From positions 256,001-320,000 of the forward strand of contig CAWGED010000019.1 in the NCBI GenBank assembly GCA_963821525.1: a DNA stretch of 64,000 nt, read 5' to 3'. The notes under the pieces are model-generated. The model had not been told where the DNA came from, did not search any database, and was given only the letters and a program-made list of their open reading frames with translations. Each line of letters begins with the position of its first letter. Positions within the stretch are counted from its first letter, which is position 1. The position numbers and the translations under genes were made by a program. Positions 1 to 10,440 of the stretch are shown one piece after another. Origin of the DNA: an uncultured Gemmatimonadales bacterium (lineage in GTDB: Bacteria; Gemmatimonadota; Gemmatimonadetes; Gemmatimonadales; GWC2-71-9).

Positions 1-223
1 CGATCGCGCCGAGGATCCGGATCTTGAGGGGATACTCGCCGCCGGCCACGATGATCGAACCCACCACGGCGATGGCGGAGATGGCGTTGGTGATGGACAT
101 CAGCGGCGTGTGCAGCAACCGGGACACCCGGCGGATCACGCCCAGGCCGATGAACGAGGACAGGACGAACACGAAGAGCATCGACCAGAAGTCGAGGGCG
201 GGAGGTGCCGCTTCGGGCGTCAT
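1..223 (-). CDS. pntA: NAD(P) transhydrogenase alpha subunit part 2 (membrane part), 5' portion; runs off window
   Basis: Manual translation from ATG at 223: MTPEAAPPALDFWSMLFVFVLSSFIGLGVIRRVSRLLHTPLMSITNAISAI; HTPLMSxTNAIS is the PntA membrane motif; ATGA overlap with upstream gene. Confidence 0.9.
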   Translation of the reverse strand, partial: MTPEAAPPALDFWSMLFVFVLSSFIGLGVIRRVSRLLHTPLMSITNAISAIAVVGSIIVAGGEYPLKIRILGAI

Positions 224-1368
224 ACCGGCGCTTTCTCCAGGGCTTCCCTGGTCCGGGCGTTCCGCACCTCACCCTCGTGGGTGATCAGCGCGCCCTGCTG
301 GATGTCGTCGTTGAAGTCGAGCTGAAATGCCTTGTCTTTGGTGAAGGCCTGGATGAAGGCGGTCAGGTTCCGGGAGAAGAGCAGGCTCGCATGATTGGGC
401 ATGCTGGCCGGCAGATTGAGTGGGGCCATGATCGTGACACCGTTGACCGAGACGGTCTCTCCCGGGCGGGACAGCTCGCAGTTGCCGCCGCCGTCCGCCG
501 CGAGGTCCACGACGATGGAGCCCGGCTTCATCGATTGCACCATGGCGGCCGTCAGCAGCTTCGGAGCGAAGACGCCGCCGATCAGTGCCGTGGTGATGAC
601 CACGTCCGACTGGGCACACTGTTCGGCCAGGAGCTGGCGCTGGCGGTCGCGGTCTTCCTGCGAAAGCTCCTTGGCGTAGCCGCCACCCGCCGCCGCACTC
701 TCCTTGAGCTCGATGCCGACATACTTGGCGCCGACGCTTTCGATCTGCTCCTTCACCTCGGGCCGCACGTCGGTGGCCAGCACGTTGGCGCCGAGTCGCC
801 GCGCGGTGGCGATGGCCTGCAGGCCGGCGACGGCGGCGCCGATCACGAACACCTTGGCGGGGAACACCATCCCCGCCGCGGTCGTGAGCATGGGGAAGTA
901 GCGATTGAGCTGGGATGCGGCGAGCAGGACACCCTTGTAGCCGGCGATGCTGGCCATGGACGACAGGGTGTCCATCGACTGGGCTCGGGTGGTCCGCGGG
1001 ATCGCGTCGGTGGAGAAGGCGGTCACCTTGCGCGCGGCGAGCGCCCGCACCGCGGCGAGATTGCGCAGCGGCATGAGCGAGCCGAGGTAGATCGAGCCGG
1101 GCCGGAGCCAGGCGGCTTCGTCAGGCCCGGTGAGCGCCGGTGGAGTCACTTTGAGCAGCAGGTCGGCCGAGCCGAAGAGTGTCGCGGCATCGCCTACGGG
1201 AACGGCACCGCTGTCCCGGTAGGCGGCATCGGGAAATCCGGCCGCCACCCCAGCGCCGTTCTCGACCGCCACCTCGTACCCCAGCTGCACCAGCTTCTTG
1301 CACGACTCGGGCACCAGGGCAACACGAGCCTCGCCCGGCTGAACTTCTCTGGGCACTCCGATTCGCAT
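220..1368 (-). CDS. pntA: NAD(P) transhydrogenase alpha subunit part 1 (NAD-binding dI)
   Basis: MRIGVPRE..E.RVAL, RAQSMDTLSSMASIAGYK, GGYAKE, DLAADGGGNCE motifs. Confidence 0.95.
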   Translation of the reverse strand: MRIGVPREVQPGEARVALVPESCKKLVQLGYEVAVENGAGVAAGFPDAAYRDSGAVPVGDAATLFGSADLLLKVTPPALTGPDEAAWLRPGSIYLGSLMPLRNLAAVRALAARKVTAFSTDAIPRTTRAQSMDTLSSMASIAGYKGVLLAASQLNRYFPMLTTAAGMVFPAKVFVIGAAVAGLQAIATARRLGANVLATDVRPEVKEQIESVGAKYVGIELKESAAAGGGYAKELSQEDRDRQRQLLAEQCAQSDVVITTALIGGVFAPKLLTAAMVQSMKPGSIVVDLAADGGGNCELSRPGETVSVNGVTIMAPLNLPASMPNHASLLFSRNLTAFIQAFTKDKAFQLDFNDDIQQGALITHEGEVRNARTREALEKAPV

Positions 1369-1453
1369 TCGTCCTCTGGGATAAAACGGAAGCGGGAAAT
1401 CTACAGGAGCCCGGGACGCCCCGTGAGGGGCGTTTTGTCACATGAAGCGCAGC

Positions 1454-3280
1454 TCACAGTTTCGGCAGCTTGATGCCGCCCGGAAGGCCGCCAGTGTAGC
1501 GCTTGAGTTGGGCCTCGAGCAGCTTCTGCGCGTCGTCCAGCTGCTTCCTGTCGAGTCCGAGCTGTTGCGCTGCCTGACCCTTCGCTCCATCCAACTTGGC
1601 CTGCAGCGGCGCCACCTTGTCGGCGACGATCTTGTCCACCGCCGCCTTGGCCTTGGCCTCGCCTTTGGCCAGCTCTTCACCGGCGATGGCCCGAAGCTGG
1701 TTCGAGATCGCGTTGTCCAGGTTCGAACTGACTTTGAGAGTCGGCGCGCTGATGGTTCCGCCAAGCTCCGCGTTTACCGTGAGCTGGTTCAATCCCGAGA
1801 CCACTCGCCAGATGGTGTTCTCCACCAGGCCGAAGCTCGCCTGACTCGCGGAGTCGGCGGACCATTCTGCGTGATTGGCCTGGATACTCCATTTACCGGA
1901 GATCCGGTCACCGGAGAGAGCGAAGCTGAAATCGGCATTCCCGACTCCCGGGGTCACCGAGAACGGCAGGCCGGGAACGCTCAACTTGGGCAAAGGGACG
2001 CCTTGCAGCTGCGCCTCCGCCTGATCCTTCGGGACGCCACCGACGTGATCCGAAAGGCCTTTTATCTCGACCACGAGCGGTGTGGCGAGCGCGATCTTCC
2101 CGCTCGCGGCGAGAGTCGCAGGCTTGCCGTAGAGCGCCGGTTGGGTGGTAAGACCGGTAAGCGCAGCCTTGAATTGTCCCTTGGAAGTATCCGCGCCGAA
2201 GGCGAAATCGATGTCGCCCCGCTCGAGAAGGAACTTGGGATACTCGTGTTCCCTGGGAAAATCCACCGTGGTACCCGCCATGCGGAGACGCCTGGGACCC
2301 GGCCGATTGAGCGGCCGCAGTCCGGGCGGCAGATACCGCTGGGCGAGTTGGGCGTAGTACAACGCCTTCTGGAAGTAATCCAGGCTCGGTTGACCGAAGA
2401 GGGCCTGGCTGATCTCCGGAGCGGAGACCAGCGGAAGATTGAGAAGCCCCTTGGCGAACGCGTAGTCCCGCTGACGCGCCTCGTCCACATCTTTCAGTCC
2501 CTGATTGAGCACCGTCAGCGAGCTGTTGACGTTCTTCTCCAGGTCTTCCAGCTGCTTCTCGGTCTGCTCGATCTGATCGATGTTGCGCTTGACGTCAGTC
2601 ACCGCACCCGCGACACCGGTGACGCCCAGCTTCCCCGGATCGGTCTTGGCCAGCCGGTTCGCGAGCGCGGTTGCCGAATCGACGACCGGCTTCACCTGGA
2701 TGGATTGGAGGGTCTGGGTAAGCGCCTGCCGGGTTGAATCGGCCTTTGCGGCGAGCGCCTCCGCCGCCTTCACCGTGCCGAGCTGGGTGGGATCGAGGAC
2801 GAGGCTCTTCACGGTGTCCACTCGCTGCATCGCGATCTTGGGCAGCGCGAAGTTCTGTTTAACCCAATCCTGCGTCTGCTCCCACAGCTTGCGGGAGGGG
2901 CTGTCCTTGGGGGCGGGACGTGCGGGGTGCTCGCGAGTCGTCCCGAAGCGAAGCCCCGACAGCGTCAGTCGTTCGATGACGACCTTTTTTTCTGCCGCCG
3001 GCAGCGCCACCAGGTCCGCGGTGATGGTCTTGGCCTCGATGAGGTTCTTCTTCGGGTCACTGGGATTGGCGATCTGCAGCCCTCCCATGTCCATCGCCGC
3101 GTCGCGCTCTCGAAGCTGGAATGAGGCCAGGTCGAGCTCGGTGCCCAGGGTCGAGGAGCCGATGCTCTCGATCTGAGAGCGGAGGATCCGGTCGGCGAAG
3201 ATGATCCAGAGAATCGTCACCAGGGCCAGGAACAGCACCACCGGGACGATCGCCTTCCAGCGGAAGATCTTCTTCGCCAT
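1454..3280 (-). CDS. TIGR03545 family protein (N-terminal membrane anchor, AsmA-like)
   Basis: 608 aa, N-terminal TM (IFRWKAIVPVVLFLAL), LQIANP, C-terminal VSSNLDNAIS; coupled to TIGR03546-like gene. Confidence 0.8.
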   Translation of the reverse strand: MAKKIFRWKAIVPVVLFLALVTILWIIFADRILRSQIESIGSSTLGTELDLASFQLRERDAAMDMGGLQIANPSDPKKNLIEAKTITADLVALPAAEKKVVIERLTLSGLRFGTTREHPARPAPKDSPSRKLWEQTQDWVKQNFALPKIAMQRVDTVKSLVLDPTQLGTVKAAEALAAKADSTRQALTQTLQSIQVKPVVDSATALANRLAKTDPGKLGVTGVAGAVTDVKRNIDQIEQTEKQLEDLEKNVNSSLTVLNQGLKDVDEARQRDYAFAKGLLNLPLVSAPEISQALFGQPSLDYFQKALYYAQLAQRYLPPGLRPLNRPGPRRLRMAGTTVDFPREHEYPKFLLERGDIDFAFGADTSKGQFKAALTGLTTQPALYGKPATLAASGKIALATPLVVEIKGLSDHVGGVPKDQAEAQLQGVPLPKLSVPGLPFSVTPGVGNADFSFALSGDRISGKWSIQANHAEWSADSASQASFGLVENTIWRVVSGLNQLTVNAELGGTISAPTLKVSSNLDNAISNQLRAIAGEELAKGEAKAKAAVDKIVADKVAPLQAKLDGAKGQAAQQLGLDRKQLDDAQKLLEAQLKRYTGGLPGGIKLPKL

Positions 3281-3801
3281 CAGCTCTCGGGATCGAACAA
3301 GCGGTAGAGGTTGTACAGCCTGGAGGCGGTAACCGCCTGGTAGAGCTTGGAGCGGCGGACCATGTCACCGATCGTCGCGCGGTATTTCGCTATTCCCCAT
3401 CGGGCCAGGAAGTAGATCGGTATCGCCAGGACGAGCCACGAGACGAAGCTCCCCAGGACGACCGAGTTGTTGAAGTTGGTGAAGGGGACGATCGGGGTGT
3501 TGAACCAGGTGGTCCACAGCGATCGCAGTCCCGGCGAGTTCAGGAGACCGAGTCCCACACGATGGAAGATGGGATCCAGCGCGAACCCGAACGGCGTGAA
3601 GAACGCAATGCCCAGCATGCCTCCGCCGAAGGAGACATTGAGCAACGCGATCAGCGAGATGATGACCAGGTTGTGCAGGTTGAGGAGCGGAGTGAGCCCG
3701 ATGCAGGCTCCGAGTGCTATTCCCACGGCCACCTGGCGGGGCGTCCCCTCCGAATGGAGCGTCTTGAAGATGGACTGAATCAGCTTGAGAATCGCGAGCA
3801 T
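3280..3801 (-). CDS. TIGR03546 family membrane protein (DUF2062-like)
   Basis: LHSEGTPRQVA.G, FTNFNNSVVLGS motifs; 1-nt overlap with downstream gene. Confidence 0.85.
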   Translation of the reverse strand: MLAILKLIQSIFKTLHSEGTPRQVAVGIALGACIGLTPLLNLHNLVIISLIALLNVSFGGGMLGIAFFTPFGFALDPIFHRVGLGLLNSPGLRSLWTTWFNTPIVPFTNFNNSVVLGSFVSWLVLAIPIYFLARWGIAKYRATIGDMVRRSKLYQAVTASRLYNLYRLFDPES

Positions 3802-3804
3802 TGG

Positions 3805-3930
3805 GGAAGGTAGGCGGGGATGGCGGGAGGGCGGTAGGGCGATCAGGCGGTAGGGGTTGTGGGTGGTGGGTGGTCGATGGTCGATGGTCTTGTGCTTACC
3901 GCCTTACCGCCCTACCGCCTTCCCGTCCAA
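3805..3930. repeat. Inverted 8-mer arrays (GGCGGTAG-type / TTACCGCC-type) enclosing a short TGGTCGA 7-mer array
   Basis: Left GGCGGGAG GGCGGTAG GGCGATCA GGCGGTAG; middle TGGTCGA TGGTCGA TGGTC; right TTACCGCC TTACCGCC CTACCGCC. Confidence 0.7.
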
Positions 3931-5539
3931 CCCCGAAAGACACCCCTCATCCCGCGACACCCGGAATCGAAGCGGAAAGTTCCCCGATTCGGCGCCCACC
4001 CACGTCAAAACCGCGGGGCATTGCTTCCGAACCGCTTCCAGATCCCGAATGATCGGGCTTCCGGGAACTCCCACGACGACCACGCTTATCGAGTCCTCCA
4101 GGATGTGATGGGCCAGGTAGCGGCCCGGCACTTCGAAGGCCGAGGGGAGCACCGCGCTCTCCGCCGGATTGGCCGGCACGGTCTTGCGGCCCGTGTAGAG
4201 GTAGATAGCAGCCGGATAGTCGATGAGGAGGTGATCCTGCTCACCGGTATTCGCCATGACCCAGCGTGAAGCTGAAGCGAGATAGCGGCTGGTGAGTGGC
4301 AGCAGATGACTCGGTGAATAGAACGGGGCGGGCTTGCGATCGGCGAAGGCCGCTGAGCGCCTCGCGATGCACCGTCACCTGTCGAAGAAGTACCAGACCG
4401 GTCGCGAGACCGAGGACGGGAGCGAACCAGCGAGTTCGAACCGCCGGGAGTCGCTCGAAACTGACGCAGGCCGCGAGGCCGAGAAAAGGTAACGCCGAGA
4501 GGAGCAGGCGATCCTGGGCGAAGGGCCATGCCAGGATGACCGCAACACCGCCCAGGGCGGATCCCGCGAGCAACGGATAGCGTCGCAACGCAGCAAGGGC
4601 TCCTCCCAGCAGGACGAGCAGCAGGAGACCGACCAGGACTCGTCCCCCGCTCGCATTCCCGATCAAGTACGGGCCCAGCTGCTCCAGGTACTTCGCCGCA
4701 TTCGAGGCCACGCCTAACACGACCGACTTGAGCGATCCCACGACGCCGGCTCCGGCAAACCATCCCAGGTAGCCACCCTCGTCCGGCAGATCAGCAACGG
4801 GACCGCGATGGACCATGACGACGTGCAGAAGTTTCCACGCGATCAGGGGCCCAAGTGCAGCCACGGTCACGATTGCGCGATGCGCTGCACTTCGTTTCCG
4901 GAGCCAGGCCCCCGCGAGCACCGCGACCACCAGCACGATGGCCTGGGTGCGGAAGAGGGTGGTGACGGAGGCGAGGAGGGCGGAGAGGGCGGTTCGGCGG
5001 TTCGGCGGTTCGGCGGCGATCACACTCGACGGCTCCGCGTGATACCAGCTCACCAGAACTGCGGCCCAGCCCAACATGAACCAGGGTTCCGACAACGGAA
5101 TGGTGAAGTACTGAATCGACGCGTCGAACAGGAGCGGTGCGACCACAAACGCACCGAGGAGAATCCGGGGAATTCCGAATCTTTCGCGTCCAAGCCACCA
5201 GAGCAGTCCCGCGACGGCCCCGATGACAATCGGATGGAGCAGGCTGACCAGACGCTGCACTCCGTCTACCGAACCGGTCAACCGCCACAATAGGGCAAGA
5301 AGAACCGGGAAGCCGGGGGGATACTTCACCTGCACCGGATCACCCACCAGGTGGAGCGAGTGATAGCCGTGGCCTTCGGCCAGCGACTTACCGAGGACGG
5401 TGTAGACCCCGTCGTCATTCCAGGCTCCCACCAGCAACGCGGTGGAAAGGCTGGCGGCGAGATAGATGGTCGCGATCAGCACCCCGGCGAGGAGGGCTTC
5501 GCGACCGGGTGAGGGAGAGATTGATGGCCTTTCAGGCAC
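3904..5539 (-). CDS. Polytopic membrane protein, GT-C fold glycosyltransferase-like; frameshift near 4330-4350
   Basis: WNDDGVY..LGKSLAEG.GY, KYPPGFP.LLA, LSEPWF motifs; ORFs 4241..5581 and 3904..4257 join; probable GTG start 5539. Confidence 0.65.
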
Positions 5540-5591
5540 GGTGGATAATAGCCTTCCCGCCTCTAGGGGCATGGGGTACACTTCCCGCCCT

Positions 5592-8111
5592 ATGCCCTCA
5601 ACAAGACAGCCGCTCGAGGTTCACAAGTTCGGCGGCGCCTCGCTGGCCGACCCAGCGGCGATAAGGCGCGCCATCGCCATTCTCGCCGAGCGGCCGGGAC
5701 GGCGGGTCGTCGTCGTTTCGGCGATGGCCGGGGTCACTGACATGTTGCTGACGGCGGCCGCCAAGGCCCAGCGTGGCGATGTCGCGAGCGCGCTCGAGAC
5801 CGCGGCGTCGCTTCGGGAGCGGCACCGGGCGGCGGCGCGCGCATTGATCCGTACCGGCGTCGAGCGGAATGAGCTGATCGCGTTCATTGACGCACAGAGC
5901 GCGGAACTGGAGGGCCTAGTCCGCGGTCTCGCCATCCTCCGAGAACTCACCGCCCGCACGGCAGACTTCGTGGTTGCCCGGGGTGAGCGTCTCAGCGCGA
6001 GACTCGTCGCCGCAGCTCTTGCCGCAGCCGGCCAGCCGACTCGCTACGTGGACGCCCTCGAAGTGGTCCGCACCGATGGGCATTTCGGGAATGCATCCCC
6101 CGACCTCGAGGCGACGGACAAGGCGATGGCCAAGGCGTTCCGCCCGCTCATCGCCAAAGGGATCACCCCCGTGGTACCCGGCTTCCTCGGCGCCACTCCC
6201 GATGGGGAGGTGGTCACCATGGGGCGTGGAGGCTCGGACCTGACGGCCGCGCTGGTGGGCCGAGCCCTGGGTGCGACGCAGGTGAATCTCTGGAAGGATG
6301 TTCCTGGTCTGTTGACCGCCGATCCCAAGGTGGTGCCGGACGCACGGGTGATGCCCCAGCTCAATGTGAGAGAGGCCGCAGAGCTGGCCTATTACGGCGC
6401 CCGGGTGCTGCATCCGAGAGCGTTGATTCCGATCATCGGACGCAAGCTCCCGATCTGGGTGCGCCCCTTCAGCAATTCAGCCTTCCCGGGCACCGAGGTT
6501 TCCGAGCGGGAAACCGGACTCGAGGTGCCGGTAAAGGCGCTCTCCGGGGCACCGGGCCAGGCGCTGCTCACGGTCGAAGGGAACGGGATGATCGGAGTGC
6601 CGGGTGTCGCGGCACGGACCTTCGCCGCTCTGCAGCGGGAGCGGATTTCCGTCTCGCTCATCTCTCAGGCATCCTCGGAGCATTCGATCTGCCTTACCGT
6701 GCCGCAGGCGAGCGGAGAGCGGGCGAAGCTCTGCCTCGAGGCGGCGTTTCGCGAGGAGATCGCTCACCGGGAGATCGATGGCGTCCAGCTGCACCCGGGG
6801 GTGGCCACGATTGCCGTCGTCGGTCTCGGCATGCACGGGACTCGCGGTGTCGCCGCCCGGGTCTTCTCCGCCCTCTCTGCGGCCGGGATCAACGTGATCG
6901 CGATCGCCCAGGGATCGTCCGAGCTGAATATCTCCGTCGTCGTGGAAGACGCCGATGCGGCGGCGGCACAGCGCGCAATCCACTCGGCGTTCCAACTTTC
7001 GAAGGTGGGAGGCGGCTCCGCGGCCCCGCGCGACCGGATCGATGTCTTTATCCTGGGATTCGGGCAGATCGGACGCGCGCTGGGACAGATGGTCGCGGAT
7101 CTTCCGGAGAGAGGGCCCAGAATCCGGGTAGTCGGTGTCTCGGATCGCAGCGGATACGTATTCGATCCCGAAGGGATCAGCACCCGGCGGCTCGATGCCA
7201 TCGCTCGAGAGAAGCGCAACGGGCATTCTCTGCGCCGGCTCGAAGGCGGGCGGTCTGGCTCCGCGGAGGAAGCGGTCGAAGCGGTGAGCCGTCATGCGCT
7301 GTCACATCCGGTTTTGGTAGATGTGACCGCCGATGATACCGGACCCGCGCTCAAGGCCGCACTCACTCATGGGATGGATCTGGTGCTGGCGAATAAACGG
7401 CCGCTGGCAGCCTCTACCGACGAGGTAGACAAACTGTTCGCCCTGGCGCGCAGTCAGGGCCGGCGGGTGCGCTACGAAGCGACGGTGGGGGCCGGACTGC
7501 CGGTGATGGACACTCTGGCCAAGCTGGTGGAGACTGGCGATTCGATCGTCCGTATCGAAGGCTGCGTCTCGGGAACGCTGGGATTCCTGCTCTCGGGAAT
7601 GGAGCGGGGGCGGCGCTTCTCCGAGATCCTGAGAGAAGCGGTCGTGAAGGGTTACAGCGAACCCGATCCCCGGGATGATCTGTCCGGCGCCGATGTCGCG
7701 CGAAAGGCGCTCATCCTGGGGAGATTGATCGGCTTCCGAGGCGAGCCTCGTGCGGTCGGAGTCGAATCGCTGGTGCCAGCGGCCGCCCGAAGCATGGACC
7801 TCAAATCGTTCCTCGCCCGTCTGGAGAACTGGGATGCGGAGTGGCAGCAGCGCATCGCGGCCGCCCGTTCCCGGGACCGGGTGCTGCGCTACGTGGCGAG
7901 CGTCTCGCCGGAGCGCATTCGCGTGGCCCTGACGCCGGTTCCCCGTGAAGGTCCGTTCGGATCGCTTCAGGGTACCGACAACCAGATCGTGTTCACTACC
8001 GCGCGCTACACCGATCATCCACTGGTGATTCGCGGGCCCGGCGCGGGTCCGGTTGTAACCGCGGCCGGAGTGCTGAACGACATACTCGCGCTTGCTCGAA
8101 GGTCGAGATGA
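5592..8111 (+). CDS. thrA: Bifunctional aspartate kinase / homoserine dehydrogenase
   Basis: VHKFGGASL, GRGGSD, two ACT domains, GFGQIG, YEATVGAGLP, GYSEPDPRDDLSG, GPGAGP..TA. Confidence 0.95.
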   Translation: MPSTRQPLEVHKFGGASLADPAAIRRAIAILAERPGRRVVVVSAMAGVTDMLLTAAAKAQRGDVASALETAASLRERHRAAARALIRTGVERNELIAFIDAQSAELEGLVRGLAILRELTARTADFVVARGERLSARLVAAALAAAGQPTRYVDALEVVRTDGHFGNASPDLEATDKAMAKAFRPLIAKGITPVVPGFLGATPDGEVVTMGRGGSDLTAALVGRALGATQVNLWKDVPGLLTADPKVVPDARVMPQLNVREAAELAYYGARVLHPRALIPIIGRKLPIWVRPFSNSAFPGTEVSERETGLEVPVKALSGAPGQALLTVEGNGMIGVPGVAARTFAALQRERISVSLISQASSEHSICLTVPQASGERAKLCLEAAFREEIAHREIDGVQLHPGVATIAVVGLGMHGTRGVAARVFSALSAAGINVIAIAQGSSELNISVVVEDADAAAAQRAIHSAFQLSKVGGGSAAPRDRIDVFILGFGQIGRALGQMVADLPERGPRIRVVGVSDRSGYVFDPEGISTRRLDAIAREKRNGHSLRRLEGGRSGSAEEAVEAVSRHALSHPVLVDVTADDTGPALKAALTHGMDLVLANKRPLAASTDEVDKLFALARSQGRRVRYEATVGAGLPVMDTLAKLVETGDSIVRIEGCVSGTLGFLLSGMERGRRFSEILREAVVKGYSEPDPRDDLSGADVARKALILGRLIGFRGEPRAVGVESLVPAAARSMDLKSFLARLENWDAEWQQRIAAARSRDRVLRYVASVSPERIRVALTPVPREGPFGSLQGTDNQIVFTTARYTDHPLVIRGPGAGPVVTAAGVLNDILALARRSR

Positions 8112-9058
8112 ACGCGAAAACCGCGGTCCGCGCCTTCGCCCCGGGATCGGTGGGGAATATCGGTCCGGGACTCGACATCATGGGGCTCGCCCTGACCGGC
8201 CCGGGAGATACCGTCGAGGCCAGAGTCGGTGCCGCCCCGGGTGTCACAGTCGCAGACGCCGGTCATCCCGATCTGCCCCTCGACCCGACGCTCAATACCG
8301 CAGCACTTGCCGCGGCTGCCGTGGCCAAGCTCGCCGGAAGGCCCGAGGCATCGATCGAGATCCGAATCCGCAAGGGCCTTCCGCTCTCGGGAGGACAGGG
8401 AGGAAGCGCCGCATCGGCCGTGGCCGGAGCGGTCGCGGCGAACGCGCTGCTGGGTGCCGGTCTGTCTCACCTGGGCCTGCTCGAGGCGGCGCTCGCGGCC
8501 GAAATGGTCGTGGCCGGTACCCATCTCGACAATATCCTCCCGTCCCTGCTCGGCGGCATCGTCCTCGTGCGCGACGAAGCGAGCCGAGACTTCATTCGGC
8601 TCCGAGTGCCCGACCAGCTTCGGGTCGTTCTCGCCCATCCAGCGCAGCAACTCAAGACCAAAGAAGCCCGGTCTGTGCTCCCGGCGTCGCTGTCGCGTGC
8701 CGATGCCCTGTATCAGGCGGCTCAGGTTGCCGCGATGACGGCCGCGTTCGTGAGCGGGGAGCTTGGGCTGCTGCGCCGCGCGGTGGACGATCGCATCGCC
8801 GAGCCGGCAAGGGCGGTGTTGCTACCCGGGTTCAGGGAAGCGAAGGCGGCTGCACTCGGTGCCGGTGCCCTGGGGTGTTCGATCTCGGGGAGTGGTCCGA
8901 CCAGCTTCGCCTTTGCCGACAGCGACCCCCAGGCGGCGCGAGTCGCCCAGGCCATGGCGGACGCGTACCGGAAGGCCGGCGTCGCCTGCTCCACTCGAGT
9001 CGAGCGAATCAGCGTCGAGGGGGCGCGGGTGCTGCACGGGACGGAACCCGGAACATGA
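8108..9058 (+). CDS. thrB: Homoserine kinase
   Basis: PGSVGNIGPGLD, GHMP motif PLSGGQGGSAAS, HLDNI, ISGSGP. Confidence 0.93.
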   Translation: MNAKTAVRAFAPGSVGNIGPGLDIMGLALTGPGDTVEARVGAAPGVTVADAGHPDLPLDPTLNTAALAAAAVAKLAGRPEASIEIRIRKGLPLSGGQGGSAASAVAGAVAANALLGAGLSHLGLLEAALAAEMVVAGTHLDNILPSLLGGIVLVRDEASRDFIRLRVPDQLRVVLAHPAQQLKTKEARSVLPASLSRADALYQAAQVAAMTAAFVSGELGLLRRAVDDRIAEPARAVLLPGFREAKAAALGAGALGCSISGSGPTSFAFADSDPQAARVAQAMADAYRKAGVACSTRVERISVEGARVLHGTEPGT

Positions 9059-10326
9059 CCACCTGGCAGCAGTGCTCGACATGCGGGACCCGCATGAGCG
9101 AGCTGGATCCCCGAGTGCGCTGCGATTGTGGTGGCCTCCTCGAGGTCCACCACGATGCTCCAGCTCTCCGAGCAGCCGAGCTTCGCGCGCTCTTCGACGA
9201 GCGCTGGAACCTGCGGGTGGACGTCAACCTCTCGGGTGTCTGGCGCTATCGAGAGCTGGTCCTGCCGGGCGCGGCACCGCACGCCGTGACCCATCCCGAA
9301 GGGAACACTCCCCTGCTCCGCCGTGCCGCTCTCACGGAGTGGGCCGGGCTCGATGAGCTGCTGCTCAAGCACGAAGGGCACAATCCCACCGGGTCGTTCA
9401 AAGACCGCGGGATGACGGTCGGCGTGACCCAGGCGCGCCGGATCGGCGCTTCCGCCGTAGCGTGCGCCTCGACCGGGAACACCTCTGCCTCTCTCGCGGC
9501 GTACGGGGCACAGGCCGGGATTCCCGCGCTGGTGTTCGTTCCCGCCGGCCAGGTGGCGATGGGCAAACTGGCGCAGTCACTCGCCTACGGAGCGAAGACC
9601 CTCCTGGTCCGCGGCGATTTCGACGCCTGCCTCCGGCTCGCCGAGGAGGCCGGTGCCCGCCTCGGTGTCTATCTCCTGAACTCGATCAATCCATTTCGGG
9701 TCGAAGGGCAGAAGACGATCGTCTTCGAGCTGCTGCATCAGCTGGACTGGGAACCGCCCGACTGGATCGTGCTTCCGGCGGGCAACCTCGGTAACACTGC
9801 GGCATTCGGCAAAGCGCTGGTCGAGGCTCGATCGCTTGGCCTGATAGACCGGCTGCCACGGCTCGCCGCGGTGCAGGCCGCAGGCGCTGCTCCCTTTGCT
9901 CAGGGATTTGCCGAGGGATTCACGACTCGCCACCGGGTCAAGGCGGAGACCGTCGCCACCGCGATCAAGATTGGAGATCCGGCTTCATGGGACCGGGGCG
10001 TCAAATCGATCCGGGAGACGAATGGCGTGGTCATCGCCGTCGAAGATGGGGAAATCCTCGAGGCGAAAGCAGTAATCGACGCGGCGGGTGTCGGCTGCGA
10101 GCCGGCCAGTGCCGCGAGCCTGGCGGGAACCCGGCAACTCGCCGAGCGCGGGATCATTCGGCGCGATGAGCGAGTGGTCGCGGTTCTCACCGGCCACCTG
10201 CTCAAGGATCCAGGGATTCTGCTCGACTATCACCAACGTGATCCTGCACCGCCTGGCGCGAACAGACCGATAGAAATCGAGGCGGATATTCGAGAGGTGG
10301 AGAGGGTGGTGGGGAGTGGGGGGTAG
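9055..10326 (+). CDS. thrC: Threonine synthase
   Basis: EGNTPL, NPTGSFKDRG, CASTGNTSAS, GNLGN; start at ATG 9055 overlapping thrB stop. Confidence 0.95.
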   Translation: MTTWQQCSTCGTRMSELDPRVRCDCGGLLEVHHDAPALRAAELRALFDERWNLRVDVNLSGVWRYRELVLPGAAPHAVTHPEGNTPLLRRAALTEWAGLDELLLKHEGHNPTGSFKDRGMTVGVTQARRIGASAVACASTGNTSASLAAYGAQAGIPALVFVPAGQVAMGKLAQSLAYGAKTLLVRGDFDACLRLAEEAGARLGVYLLNSINPFRVEGQKTIVFELLHQLDWEPPDWIVLPAGNLGNTAAFGKALVEARSLGLIDRLPRLAAVQAAGAAPFAQGFAEGFTTRHRVKAETVATAIKIGDPASWDRGVKSIRETNGVVIAVEDGEILEAKAVIDAAGVGCEPASAASLAGTRQLAERGIIRRDERVVAVLTGHLLKDPGILLDYHQRDPAPPGANRPIEIEADIREVERVVGSGG

Positions 10327-10382
10327 GACGGGAGACGGGAGACGGGAGACGGGAGACGGGAGACGGGAGACGGGAGACGGGA
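10327..10382 (+). repeat. Perfect tandem repeat (GACGGGA)x8
   Basis: 56 bp read directly, beginning immediately after the thrC stop. Confidence 0.97.
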
Positions 10383-10440
10383 GCACCGCGAGGGTACGGC
10401 TACTGCTGCGCAAATAGCCATTGGCTGCGTCCTGGTAGCA

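Noticed and set aside
8092..10326. 744-aa ORF as a fused threonine synthase
   Set aside because: N-terminal part is an alternate-frame shadow of thrB; ThrC begins at 9055
10327..10382. Tandem arrays as CRISPR
   Set aside because: 7-8 nt units without unique spacers; no cas genes in the window
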